Source: Minisyncoccota bacterium (lineage in GTDB: Bacteria; Patescibacteriota; Minisyncoccia; Moranbacterales; UBA2206). From it: 64,000 nt of DNA. Position 1 is the stretch's first letter. The number at the start of each line of letters is the position of its first letter. The stretch covers positions 9,214 to 73,213 of the forward strand of contig JARLIA010000005.1 in the NCBI GenBank assembly GCA_031291955.1, given 5' to 3'. Made by a program: the position numbers and the translations under genes. Under the pieces are notes generated by a model. That model had not been told where the DNA came from. It was given only the letters and a program-made list of their open reading frames with translations, and searched no databases. Shown in pieces: positions 20,379-30,143 of the stretch.

Positions 20379-21485
20379 TCACTGAATTTTTTCCGCTAAC
20401 TCAGCCTTCGTCAGCGGTCCGACGGTTCCGGTCTGCGGCAAGCCGTTGTTTGCTTGGAACTTTGTGATTGCATCGATAGTTATCTGTCCGTAATTTCCGG
20501 TAATATATTGGGAATCAAGCAATCCCAGTTTGCCGAGAACGGTCTGGATGTTTTTAATGCCTTCCATTGTCTGAGTATTAAAATCATCGGCGGAAAGATT
20601 AAGGGAAACATTGTCCAGATCTATCTGTTTATCGGCTTCATCTTTGCCGGTGTCGGGATTTTGCACCGTAATAGTCCTTATGTGGTCAGTCTGGTCATTA
20701 AGCAATTTAGCTAAGCAAAACTTAGCCACAATCTTTTGGCTGGAATTTTTGGTGACTGAAGCGGCGTCATGACCGCCGATCATCACGTCGGTGTCATTGG
20801 TGAAATGCCGGCCATCAATGATGAGTTTCAATCTTTGGGGACAACTAGCTTTGTTAGCATTGGTGTATTGGTAAGCGGACCAGGAATCGATTTTAGCTTT
20901 TTGATTTACGGAATCCGAGTCTTGATTAGTCGTATTTTCCGTAGAGTTAATATTAGAATTGTCTCCGCCAGTAACAACAATATCCTGAGAATAATTACTT
21001 TCGGTGTCGGCATCTTCGCAGTTGTTTCCATCTGAATCGCAAGTGGCCAGTCCGACATAATATTTTAAAGTATAGGTTCCTGCTTTCTGTCCGACGACTA
21101 CGTCGATATTAAAAGTATCATAATCGCTATTATTACCATAAGCATTGTCAGTTATCCATTTGAACCAAACATATCCAGACGGAGCACTGGCCGGATCCGG
21201 TTGTGAGCTGCCAGATACCATCGTAAAATGTTCTTCAGAATCAGTGATCGATGTCACTGCCCAATCTTCGGGAATGAGCACGGCTAAATAGATTTTGTGA
21301 GTATTGGGGCTATTTTGGTCATCCGCGCCTCCATTGGTATGACCATTGACTGACAGAGTAGTGTGCTCTCCGGGCGCGACCGTGTCGGGTTGCGAAACGC
21401 CGTCAATATAAGCACTACAGCCTGATAGAAAAAGCACGACCAAAGAAATTGCCACTACCTTGATCCAATTCGATATATTCTTCAT
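20379..21485 (-). CDS. Lipoprotein with C-terminal peptidoglycan-binding domain
   Basis: Lipobox LSGC; IQTVLGKLG..TGNYGQITIDAITKFQANNGLPQTGTVGPLT. Confidence 0.85.
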   Translation of the reverse strand: MKNISNWIKVVAISLVVLFLSGCSAYIDGVSQPDTVAPGEHTTLSVNGHTNGGADDQNSPNTHKIYLAVLIPEDWAVTSITDSEEHFTMVSGSSQPDPASAPSGYVWFKWITDNAYGNNSDYDTFNIDVVVGQKAGTYTLKYYVGLATCDSDGNNCEDADTESNYSQDIVVTGGDNSNINSTENTTNQDSDSVNQKAKIDSWSAYQYTNANKASCPQRLKLIIDGRHFTNDTDVMIGGHDAASVTKNSSQKIVAKFCLAKLLNDQTDHIRTITVQNPDTGKDEADKQIDLDNVSLNLSADDFNTQTMEGIKNIQTVLGKLGLLDSQYITGNYGQITIDAITKFQANNGLPQTGTVGPLTKAELAEKIQ

Positions 21486-21817
21486 TGAATTTTATTTTTA
21501 TGTTGTTGTTTATGCGGATATTATAGCATAAAGTTCGAATCCTGATCAGGTCATTCCAAAAAGAGCTTAAATAAAGCACGAGAAAATCAAATTATTTTTC
21601 TGGTTCGAACCTCCTGATTCCCGTTATATTAAAGCAAAAATCGCCTCTTGTGAAAGCGATTTTCAATAAGGGCTCCAACTGGTGGATATGTTTAGAACTT
21701 TAATTTATGTTAATATCCTGCAAGAATTGGAATTATACAGTTTCTCAGTATGTGCAAAAACTTTATAAAATAGGGATCGGGTGTATACTAAGGTTAATAA
21801 ATCATAAAAAATCAGAT

Positions 21818-22219
21818 ATGTCACAAAAAAAAGTAACTATTTGCGCTAGCATCGCCTTTTTGGATGATATAAGTATATGGAAAGAAAAATTAAAAAATGA
21901 TGGTTATGATGTTGTTCAATACCCCAAAAAGCTTATCGGTGAATTTCTACCAAGCTACAAAGTAGAATTTACTGAACATTACCAGAAGATGGCCGAATCC
22001 GACATAGTGCTTATTTTGAATATGAAAAAGAAAGGCGTCGATGGCTATATCGGTGCCGCAGTATTCGCGGAAATTGCTTTCGCAATAGGTCTCAATAGAA
22101 CATCCCGCTATGATAAAAAAATAGATGTCTACTGTCTTAATCATTTCCCAAATTCATTGCCACACGCAGAGGAGTTGCAATATTGGGTAGATCTGGGATG
22201 GTTAAAATTTTGGAACTAA
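21818..22219 (+). CDS. Hypothetical protein, nucleoside 2-deoxyribosyltransferase-like fold
   Basis: KVTICASI, SDIVLILN..GYIGAAVFAEIAFA; ATG at 21818 preferred. Confidence 0.6.
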   Translation: MSQKKVTICASIAFLDDISIWKEKLKNDGYDVVQYPKKLIGEFLPSYKVEFTEHYQKMAESDIVLILNMKKKGVDGYIGAAVFAEIAFAIGLNRTSRYDKKIDVYCLNHFPNSLPHAEELQYWVDLGWLKFWN

Positions 22220-22271
22220 CACTCTTATATAAAATGAAAGACCGCTAATATTAAACGGTCTTTTTTTTGAA

Positions 22272-23561
22272 TCACCCCCATTTTTTTAAGATAAATTCAG
22301 CTAATTGCTTGTAAGATTCTTCCAAAACGTGAAAGTCTTTTTTGTCACCCCACCAATGATTTGGGTTGTGATGGATGTGACATTTTTTCCAATCATTGTC
22401 CTTGAGGTGCAGTTTATTTTTCTCTGCTTCATTGTAAACGCGGCTTCCAGGAAGAGGCACGAAACGAAATAAAGACACTCTTTTGATCATGGCCCAAAGA
22501 TCATCCAGAAGTGTGATTGTTTCTTGTGTTGTTTCCATATTTTCACCCGGATAACCGTGCACAATGAAGTTTTTTACTTTGATACCTGCAGAATGGGTCA
22601 TCTTAATCGCGTTATAGATTTGGTTTACGGAAATGCCTTTGCCCATAGCTTTAAGGATTTTTTCACTTCCTGATTCAACGCCAAATTTAATCTCTATGCA
22701 ACCGGCGTCGCGAATGATTTCAAGATCGTCGTAACTCACCGTATCAACCCGTGATAAGATTGACCATTTTAAGTCTAAGTCGCAGATAGACTCGCATATA
22801 TCCCGCACCCGCCTTTTGTTTACTAGAAAATTATCATCAACAACGGCAAATCCTTCTATTCCATAAGTATTCTTCAAATGCTCAAGCTCTTGGCGGATGT
22901 GCCACCCTGGGCGATATTGCATTTGTTTTTGTTGCCCCGCGCAAAAGTTGCATGAATATGGGCATCCTTGGCTGAACATGACATGAGTCATTCGCAGGTT
23001 CGTGCTAGAGAGTCGGTTTGTCATTATGAAATCAGACTCTGGCAATAGGTGCCTTGCGGGGATAATTGGCCAGTAATCGAGGTTTTTCTTTAATGCTCGC
23101 TGCTCAGTAAAGCGGGGATTACCATTTTTCATGTAGCAGATCCCCTTGATATGAGAAAATTGCTTCATCCTCTTCGCGTGTATGAGTTCCAGTATCGTCT
23201 CATCACCGTGGCCAATGTTCACAGCATGAACCTTGAGTTCTTGCAGTGTTTGTATGGGGAAGATATTCGCATGGACACCACCTGCGATTACGAGAGTATC
23301 ATGTGCGTATATGCTATTGAAACGCACATTTTTGATGACATCATAAGTAGCCGAGGATGGTATGCTAAACGCTACAACATCAAAAGTGGTTAAATCTAGG
23401 GTATCTTGATCAGTTCCCACGCTGAAAACTTTTACTTCCATTCCATTCTGAGCGCTTACAATTGTTGCCAGGTATAATACCCCAAACGGTGGAAATTCCT
23501 TTCTATTTTTTCCAAACCGAGCGATATCATATACCTCTGGATATACGATTGCTATTTTCAT
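22272..23561 (-). CDS. B12-binding-domain radical SAM protein
   Basis: PPFGVLYLA, GGVHA, GCPYSCNFC (CxxxCxxC), GVESGS. Confidence 0.93.
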   Translation of the reverse strand: MKIAIVYPEVYDIARFGKNRKEFPPFGVLYLATIVSAQNGMEVKVFSVGTDQDTLDLTTFDVVAFSIPSSATYDVIKNVRFNSIYAHDTLVIAGGVHANIFPIQTLQELKVHAVNIGHGDETILELIHAKRMKQFSHIKGICYMKNGNPRFTEQRALKKNLDYWPIIPARHLLPESDFIMTNRLSSTNLRMTHVMFSQGCPYSCNFCAGQQKQMQYRPGWHIRQELEHLKNTYGIEGFAVVDDNFLVNKRRVRDICESICDLDLKWSILSRVDTVSYDDLEIIRDAGCIEIKFGVESGSEKILKAMGKGISVNQIYNAIKMTHSAGIKVKNFIVHGYPGENMETTQETITLLDDLWAMIKRVSLFRFVPLPGSRVYNEAEKNKLHLKDNDWKKCHIHHNPNHWWGDKKDFHVLEESYKQLAEFILKKWG

Positions 23562-23693
23562 TTTGACACCTCCAAATTGTTAAGTTGCAAATGGTGATAT
23601 AAATTATACCAACAGTGTAGAATAGAGGTAAAAAGATAATTTGTCAAATATAATCAACAAAAAAAGGCTTATTAAAGCCTTAAAGTTGTGTTG

Positions 23694-23765
23694 CTCCGCG
23701 GAGAGGACTCGAACCTCTAACCAATTGATTAACAGTCAACTGCTCTACCATTGAGCTACCGCGGA
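23694..23765 (-). tRNA. tRNA-Asn(GTT), CCA not encoded
   Basis: TCCGCGG/CCGCGGA acceptor, TAGCTCAATGGTAGAGC D arm, CT-GTT-AA loop, GGTTCGAGTCC T arm. Confidence 0.97.
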
Positions 23766-23950
23766 ATGTATTATATTGCTGGATTGTTAAATTGCTATAT
23801 CGCTGATAATAAATTAGTCCTTGCGGACTACTCCACACTTCCAAAACAAATTGATTATAGCAAATATTTCAGGAATGGCAAGGGTGGGGGGAATAAAAAT
23901 AAGGCGGCCTCAATGGGCCGCCCGAAAGGAACGAGTTGAGGGAGCTTGGT

Positions 23951-24238
23951 TCAAGGCAGGTAGGTATTGCCGCATTCTTCCCGAATGCATCCGGGTTTGC
24001 AAACTACATACGATTTGCATTTGCAGTCGCAACATTCCACTACCCGAAGTCCGCAACGAGGACATTCATTGCTGGTTCTTTTTGCGTCGCATTCGGGACA
24101 ATGATTATCGGACGTGTAGCGCGGGGTTTTTTCCATAAAACCCAGAACTAGCGGAGGATCTTCATTGGTAATTTCTGATACGGCAAATGCGCCATCATAC
24201 AATTCCACAACATTCAAACCATCTTCTTGAAAGAACAT
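23951..24238 (-). CDS. Small Cys-rich (possible zinc-ribbon) hypothetical protein
   Basis: Several CxxC/CxC motifs; AAGGAG SD. Confidence 0.55.
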   Translation of the reverse strand: MFFQEDGLNVVELYDGAFAVSEITNEDPPLVLGFMEKTPRYTSDNHCPECDAKRTSNECPRCGLRVVECCDCKCKSYVVCKPGCIREECGNTYLP

Positions 24239-24471
24239 CTGCTTCTCCTTTTTTATTTTACGTTGAAAACAAAAACCGCCCCGCTGGCGATTGTCGAATG
24301 AACTCGGGATCTATCTCATGAGAACTTCAAAACAACCGCCGGGTGCCGGGTGGGCAACAACAAGAAATTGTTTTGGAAAGTTTTCATAGGTTTAATTTTT
24401 CTGATATATTTTAAAAAATGTTATTTCAATTGGAGCACCTGGTCGGTCGTTGCGACCAGGTGCGGATTCGA

Positions 24472-24627
24472 TTAGGAGAGATTGAGATGTTGGGTGATTT
24501 GAGCGTGTAACTTGTCGGAGGCTGTTTTTATTTGATACGCCATTTTTCCGCGAGCTTGTCTTGCTTGTTCTTTGTTGCAAGACGTTTCGAAGTTTGGCTT
24601 ACTGGATCGTATTTTTTTCTTGGCCAT
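24472..24627 (-). CDS. Small hypothetical protein (51 aa)
   Basis: Manual translation MAKKKIRSSKPNFETSCNKEQARQARGK...; AGGAGG SD; hairpin 24435-24463 follows. Confidence 0.4.
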   Translation of the reverse strand: MAKKKIRSSKPNFETSCNKEQARQARGKMAYQIKTASDKLHAQITQHLNLS

Positions 24628-24660
24628 GATTGCCTCCTACGGTGGCCTTTTATAAGTCCA

Positions 24661-24852
24661 TTAAATGATCGAGTCCATCGCCTGTTCAACAAGCGACAAT
24701 TCATTGTAAAACTTAATTTTTTCCTCAAGCTCCGCCTTGCGCAGATAACAGCGGGCGCGTTTGGCAAGAGGAATTTTTTGCGAAAGTGTCAAATTTATCT
24801 GTTGAATTTCCTGGCGCAAGACGATTTCGCAAACTAGATCAAATCCGTTCAT
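24661..24852 (-). CDS. Small hypothetical protein (63 aa)
   Basis: MNGFDLVCEIVLRQEI... preceded by G-rich SD. Confidence 0.4.
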   Translation of the reverse strand: MNGFDLVCEIVLRQEIQQINLTLSQKIPLAKRARCYLRKAELEEKIKFYNELSLVEQAMDSII

Positions 24853-25487
24853 ATACCCCCCCTTAAAAAAGGTATTCTCGAAAAAATCCACCGGTTGGCA
24901 TTTCGGGAGATTTCCCCGATCAAAAAGCGCTCGCATTCTGTCGTATTCCACTCTCTGGTGGGAGATGGCCGCGCCGCATCCGCCTTTTGGGCTTTCGCGT
25001 AAACATTGCGGTTTTGACAATTTTGCAATTGCCGATCGATCGAAGGAAATCATCCGTATGCCGCAGAAAACACAACTCAAATTATATTCTCAGCGGCATG
25101 CGGATTTTTAATGCCAGTTTATTTTTTCAAAGAACTATCTCAATAAAACAAAAACCCCGCTTTTGCCGGGATTGGATTTTCTTATTTTTCTTCTCTTGAT
25201 CCCGGCGAAAAATTATCGTTTAAAAACGATGGACAATGTCTTAATAAAGCCGTAATTTTTCGCGAGATTTCTCATGGAGGAACTGTAGCAAATCCCCAGG
25301 AATCCGTCAAGGTCGGCTGTGGATAACTTCGGATAGGGGCTTGACTTTTCCTGGGGATTTGCTATAATAGCTCCATTGTAAGTCTTCTCAATGAGTTATC
25401 GTCCCCAGGTTAAGTCACTTAATGTAAGGGCAAACAAAGTGAGAAAGGTCGCCTTACAGTTTTGTAACTAGCCAATAAGACACGAAA

Positions 25488-25781
25488 ATGGCACAGAAAC
25501 TTTACGTAGGCAATTTGCCCTACAGCATGAGAGACGACTCCTTGAGCGATTTGTTCGCCCAGGCGGGATCGGTGGTTTCGGCTTCCGTCATCACTGATCG
25601 GATGTCCGGCCGCTCCAAAGGTTTCGGTTTCGTTGAAATGAGTTCCGATGCGGAAGCGCAAGCGGCAATCGATATGTTCAACGGAAAGGAAATCGAAGGT
25701 CGCCCTCTGACCGTCAATGAAGCTCGTCCCAAAGAAGATCGTCCGAAACGGGATTTCGGCGGACAACGGGATCGCTACTAA
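25488..25781 (+). CDS. RRM-domain RNA-binding protein
   Basis: KLYVGNL (RNP2), SKGFGFVEM (RNP1), LTVNEARP; promoter TTGACT-..-TATAAT at 25341-25368. Confidence 0.96.
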   Translation: MAQKLYVGNLPYSMRDDSLSDLFAQAGSVVSASVITDRMSGRSKGFGFVEMSSDAEAQAAIDMFNGKEIEGRPLTVNEARPKEDRPKRDFGGQRDRY

Positions 25782-25957
25782 GTACGCGAATCAAAAAAAC
25801 AGCTCTCCTTGAGGGGGCTGTTTTTTGGTTTTAGATTTTTTGGTATAATAGAACACGTACCGTCTCGCTTGGATTTTTTTTAAAAAAATGCTAAGATTGG
25901 ATGGTTCGAATCGTCCGGTTTGTTCGAATTAAGAAGCTGTAAAATTAAATCATTTAT

Positions 25958-26356
25958 ATGACCAAAAGAAATCAGATCATTTTTCTGATCGGCGTGGTGA
26001 TCGCGCTCGCGTTCGGCGGATATTTTTTAGCGCGCCACAAAAAGGCTTCTGTTGAAGGAGTCAGTACTAGCCAAGTGACAGTTGACAATGCCAGCATCAT
26101 TTTCTTCTACGGGGCCGAGTGTCCGCATTGCCAGAATGTGGAAAAATATATCGCGGACAACCATCTTGATCAAAAAGTGAAATATTCCAAATTGGAAGTG
26201 TGGTTCAACAAACCAAATTCCAATCTGATGCTCCAAAAAGCCCAGCAGTGCGGCATCAGCCCGGATCAATTGGGCGTGCCGTTTGTCTGGAACAACGGCA
26301 AGTGCTATATGGGAGAGCAGGACGTGGAAAATTTTTTAAGCAGCCAGGCGAAATAA
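25958..26356 (+). CDS. Membrane-anchored glutaredoxin/thioredoxin-like protein
   Basis: N-terminal TM, FFYGAECPHC, GVPF. Confidence 0.85.
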   Translation: MTKRNQIIFLIGVVIALAFGGYFLARHKKASVEGVSTSQVTVDNASIIFFYGAECPHCQNVEKYIADNHLDQKVKYSKLEVWFNKPNSNLMLQKAQQCGISPDQLGVPFVWNNGKCYMGEQDVENFLSSQAK

Positions 26357-26393
26357 TCGCGTAACGCGTAACTCGTAACGCAAGATGTGAAAT

Positions 26394-26927
26394 ATGGAAA
26401 ATAAATTTAATTTAAACAGAAAATATTTTCTCGTAGTAATATTGTTAATAACGGGCGGATTGTTCATGGCTACTGCCGCACAGGCGTTTTGTCCGGTGTG
26501 TACGATCGCGGTGGCCGGCGGAGTGGGACTGTCACGCTGGCTCGGAGTAGACGACACGATCACCGGCCTTTGGATCGGCGGGCTTCTGATTTGCATGGTT
26601 GTTTGGACATTGGACTGGTTCGACAAGAAAAAAATCGATTTCGTAGCGAAAAAAAGCGTGACCACAGTCGCGTGGTATCTGATGGTGGTTGCACCGCTCT
26701 GGTGGGAAGATATAATCGGTCATCCGCTGAATCGCATCTGGGGCATGGACAAACTGGTGGTCGGCATCTTTTTCGGAAGCGTCTTTTTTCTTCTGGGCGG
26801 AGGACTGCATTTCACTCTTAAGAAAAAAAATGGCAACAAAGTCTATTTTCCCTTTCAGAAAGTGGTTTTTGCGGTTAGTCCGCTCATTGTTTTGAGCGCG
26901 GTTTTCTACCTTTTGGTCCGACGGTAA
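26394..26927 (+). CDS. Conserved membrane protein with CxxC
   Basis: FCPVCTIAV, GVDDTITGLWIGG, YFPFQKVV; several TM segments. Confidence 0.8.
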   Translation: MENKFNLNRKYFLVVILLITGGLFMATAAQAFCPVCTIAVAGGVGLSRWLGVDDTITGLWIGGLLICMVVWTLDWFDKKKIDFVAKKSVTTVAWYLMVVAPLWWEDIIGHPLNRIWGMDKLVVGIFFGSVFFLLGGGLHFTLKKKNGNKVYFPFQKVVFAVSPLIVLSAVFYLLVRR

Positions 26928-26956
26928 TAATTTTCTAATTTTTACGTATATCAACT

Positions 26957-27550
26957 ATGGAAACAAACAATAATCCCGTCAAAAATCTCAACGAGCTGAT
27001 TGAAAAAGTGGACGCCATGAAAAAACAGGACAAGCTGGATTTGTCGTCCGATCAGGATTTGACCATTGCCATCATGAACCTGGTGAGTATCGAAGAGCAT
27101 TTTTTCTTTACCGGCGCGAAACTCGGGAAGCCTGAATATTTCGACCTTCTTCAAGAAGCGCGCAAGATGCGCGGAGATTTGCTTCGAAAAATCGTGAAAG
27201 ATCCCGAAGGAGAAGTCTGGTGCATCTCGAAACACTTGCTGGCAGCTTCCATGCGTCTTATGGAAGTGGGCACCAAACAGCAGGGGATGGGCAAGAAGGA
27301 GGAGGCGCGGGAATTTTTCCAAAAAGCCTATGACCTCTATTCTCTTTTCTGGGGAATAAATATGAAAGTGATTTCCACCGATAACGTAAAAAAAATCGAC
27401 GAAGGGGCCATGAATGTTCATGACAAAGAGCCTAAGCCCGCCCGCAACGCTTCGCAAGCGGGCGCTGGCTCGCGTAGCGATGCGGGCGGGGGCTTTATGG
27501 GAAAATTGGGCGAACTGGTCAGGAAAGCGGTGGATTGCTGTATCGAATAG
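26957..27550 (+). CDS. Hypothetical protein with palindromic insertion, C-terminal DCCIE
   Basis: MNLVSIEEH, WCISKHLL; co-oriented with redox genes. Confidence 0.8.
   Translation: METNNNPVKNLNELIEKVDAMKKQDKLDLSSDQDLTIAIMNLVSIEEHFFFTGAKLGKPEYFDLLQEARKMRGDLLRKIVKDPEGEVWCISKHLLAASMRLMEVGTKQQGMGKKEEAREFFQKAYDLYSLFWGINMKVISTDNVKKIDEGAMNVHDKEPKPARNASQAGAGSRSDAGGGFMGKLGELVRKAVDCCIE
27437..27490. repeat. Coding palindromic element (PARNAS..RSDAGG family)
   Basis: CCCGCCCGCAACGCTTCGC...GCGTAGCGATGCGGGCGGG; second copy 47818-47891. Confidence 0.85.
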
Positions 27551-27553
27551 TCA

Positions 27554-27630
27554 TTTTAACACGTTAGCATATTAACATATTAGCATCGAAAATTTTGTTA
27601 AAATGTTAATATGTTAAAATGTTAATATGC
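27554..27630. repeat. Inverted 8-mer microsatellite array
   Basis: TTAACAT/TTAGCAT units followed by ATGTTAA units. Confidence 0.8.
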
Positions 27631-27696
27631 CTCGGTTTTAATCAATTTTAATTATCTTACGCCCGGTCTGATTGACGTTAAGAAGAAAAAACAAGT

Positions 27697-28455
27697 ATGA
27701 GGAAAAAACATCTCATTATTATGCTGGCAGCAGTTATATTGGTGCCGCTGGCGACAGTCCAGGCCGATACTAACGCGACTACTGGCGCTGATTGCGGCAG
27801 TGCGCCCGCTCATCCAACCGCCGCCAGTGGAAACGTGCTGACTCAGGCGCAAATGCAGGCGTTTCGGCAGGCCATGCAAACATATAACAGGTGCAGGGGC
27901 ATTGCACCGGGCCAGGGTCATGGCGCCGGAATGCTTCGTGGTCTGGACAAGGGCGCGAACGGAACAAACGGCGCGAACGCGCAAGTCAATAAGCAAGACC
28001 GTTGCACCATGATCAACCAGCGCCTGACCAATCGAGTCAGCGTTTTTCAGAACAACCAGAGCAATGACAAGACCATTTTCGGCAATCTGTCTAATCGCTT
28101 GAGTAATATCCAAGTGCGTCTCAAGAACGCCGGGATTAATACGGACACTCTCTCGAGCGACCTGTCGACTTTGCAAGGCGACATCAATCAAGTGAATTCC
28201 GATTATGCAAAATTCATCAGTGGCTTGCAATCCGTCCAAAGTTCCAGCGCGACGTGCGGTGATTCCAATGGCCAATTCATGACCAATCTCAAATCAGCCC
28301 GCACTATTTTGACAACCGTGCGCGCCGATCGGCAAACAGTCCGTAGCTATGTGACCAGTACGATTGTTCCGGAAATAAACACCCTGCGCCAGCAGTTGCA
28401 AAACAAAAACGGATCCAGCACTTCTTCCACCAGCACCAGCACCTCTTCCAATTAG
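27697..28455 (+). CDS. Secreted helical hypothetical protein
   Basis: Signal peptide; Asn/Gln/Ser-rich coiled-coil. Confidence 0.8.
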   Translation: MRKKHLIIMLAAVILVPLATVQADTNATTGADCGSAPAHPTAASGNVLTQAQMQAFRQAMQTYNRCRGIAPGQGHGAGMLRGLDKGANGTNGANAQVNKQDRCTMINQRLTNRVSVFQNNQSNDKTIFGNLSNRLSNIQVRLKNAGINTDTLSSDLSTLQGDINQVNSDYAKFISGLQSVQSSSATCGDSNGQFMTNLKSARTILTTVRADRQTVRSYVTSTIVPEINTLRQQLQNKNGSSTSSTSTSTSSN

Positions 28456-28488
28456 GAGAGATAATTATTAAAATAAACGGAAAATTTT

Positions 28489-28851
28489 ATGAAAAAAATA
28501 CTAGCCATCTCTGGAGTTGCGTTGGGAGTGCTGGTTTTGGCCGGCTGCGGAGCAAAGCAAGCGGCAGTTGCTCCCTCAACTCAACCGGTCGCGTCAACAA
28601 CTGCTAAGCCGACTATGCCCGCTCCGAACGCGGCAACTACGGCCGAGAGCAATCCGGCTGCCAGTTTGCCGCCGGTGCCCACTACGACCGCGCCGGCTAC
28701 GACCAGCGACGTCGAAAGCGCAGTTAGCTCGGTCAATGCCGATCTGAATGCGGTCGACAAAAACGCGCCGGACCAAAACGGGCTCAACGACGCGAGCGTC
28801 GGAACTGGCACGGCCGCGGCTGGTGCGACAACCGGAACTTCTAGCAACTAA
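28489..28851 (+). CDS. Low-complexity lipoprotein
   Basis: Lipobox LAGC; Ala/Thr/Pro-rich; terminator 28872-28903. Confidence 0.8.
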   Translation: MKKILAISGVALGVLVLAGCGAKQAAVAPSTQPVASTTAKPTMPAPNAATTAESNPAASLPPVPTTTAPATTSDVESAVSSVNADLNAVDKNAPDQNGLNDASVGTGTAAAGATTGTSSN

Positions 28852-28937
28852 ATTTAAATTCCAGCCAAGTTAAAAATCCACCCCTTCGCGGGGTGGATTT
28901 TTTGCGCGGAAACGGGTAGAATAGAGAAAATAGATCT

Positions 28938-30128
28938 ATGTTCGAACGCACTCAAAATTTGAAACTTTCAGTGATAAAACAGATGGAGCTGCGGGCTTCG
29001 AAGTTTCCGGATGTCATTTCGCTCGCCCAGGGCGTGCCGAGTTTTGATACGCCGGAGTGCGTGAAAAGGCGGGTGGAACGGGCCATGCGTGACGGCGTGA
29101 CGGCCAAATATTCTTTGTCGCCGGGGTTGCCGGAACTGCGGGAACTCGTTGAGCAGAAACTGGCCGAAGAGAATATGTTTTATGATTTTGAAAAAGAAAT
29201 CATTGTGACGGCTGGCTCGATTGAAGGAATAACCGCGACAATCATGGCCATTACCAATCCCGGCGACGAAATCATCATTCCCGAGCCGACTTACACGAGC
29301 TATCGCGAAGTGATCATTCTGGCTGGCTGCACGCCGGTGTTCGTGCCGCTCAATGAAGAAAAAGGCTGGGCGCTGGAGCTCGAAAAATACGAAGCGGCCA
29401 TTACGTCCAAAACCAAAGCCATCTTCTATTGCAATCCCAACAATCCGACCGGCACGATCTACACCGAAGAACAACTACGCCAGTTGGCCAAACTAGCCGA
29501 AAAATATAATTTATATTTAATCTCCGACGAAGTTTACAAAGATTTCATTTTTGAGCGTCTCGCCGAGCGAAAAAAAATATTCAGTCTGGCGGAAATTCCG
29601 GAGTTGCGGAAAAGAGTGATCCGGCTTTTCAGTTTTTCAAAATCCTACGCCATGACCGGCTGGCGGGTCGGGTATTTGCATAGTGATGAAAGTATCGTGA
29701 AAGAAATTTTGAAAGTCCACGACTCGCTAGTTACTTGCGCGCCGGTGGTGTCGCAATACGCCGCCATGGGAGCGCTTGAGATGGCCGAGAAAGACATCGC
29801 TCATTTCAGGCGGGAATATCAAAAACGCCGCGATCTGATTTGCGCGCGGTTGGATAAATTTAAAAATGTTTTCGAGTACGTCCAACCGACCAGCGCCTAC
29901 TATGTCTTTCCTAAGATTATTAAAAAAGATATTTCTTTCGGAAGCTACGACTGTCCAGACAGTCTGTCTTGGAAATTCGCTTTGTATTTGCTCGAGAAAG
30001 CCCAGGTGGCGGTTGTCCCCGGTGTGGCCTTTGGTCCGAACGGAGAAGATCATGTGAGAATGAGTTTCGGACGGAGCGAGAAAGATATTAATCGGGCGAT
30101 GGATAGGCTGGAGAAACTGTTTCTTTAA
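28938..30128 (+). CDS. PLP-dependent aminotransferase class I/II
   Basis: NPNNPTG, SDEVY, SFSKSYAMTGWRVGY. Confidence 0.96.
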   Translation: MFERTQNLKLSVIKQMELRASKFPDVISLAQGVPSFDTPECVKRRVERAMRDGVTAKYSLSPGLPELRELVEQKLAEENMFYDFEKEIIVTAGSIEGITATIMAITNPGDEIIIPEPTYTSYREVIILAGCTPVFVPLNEEKGWALELEKYEAAITSKTKAIFYCNPNNPTGTIYTEEQLRQLAKLAEKYNLYLISDEVYKDFIFERLAERKKIFSLAEIPELRKRVIRLFSFSKSYAMTGWRVGYLHSDESIVKEILKVHDSLVTCAPVVSQYAAMGALEMAEKDIAHFRREYQKRRDLICARLDKFKNVFEYVQPTSAYYVFPKIIKKDISFGSYDCPDSLSWKFALYLLEKAQVAVVPGVAFGPNGEDHVRMSFGRSEKDINRAMDRLEKLFL

Positions 30129-30143
30129 ATTCTCAGTTAAAAT

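Noticed and set aside
25200-25480. Replication origin at the gene-strand switch
   Set aside because: Only one DnaA-like box, no box cluster and no dnaA/dnaN nearby; skew was not computed
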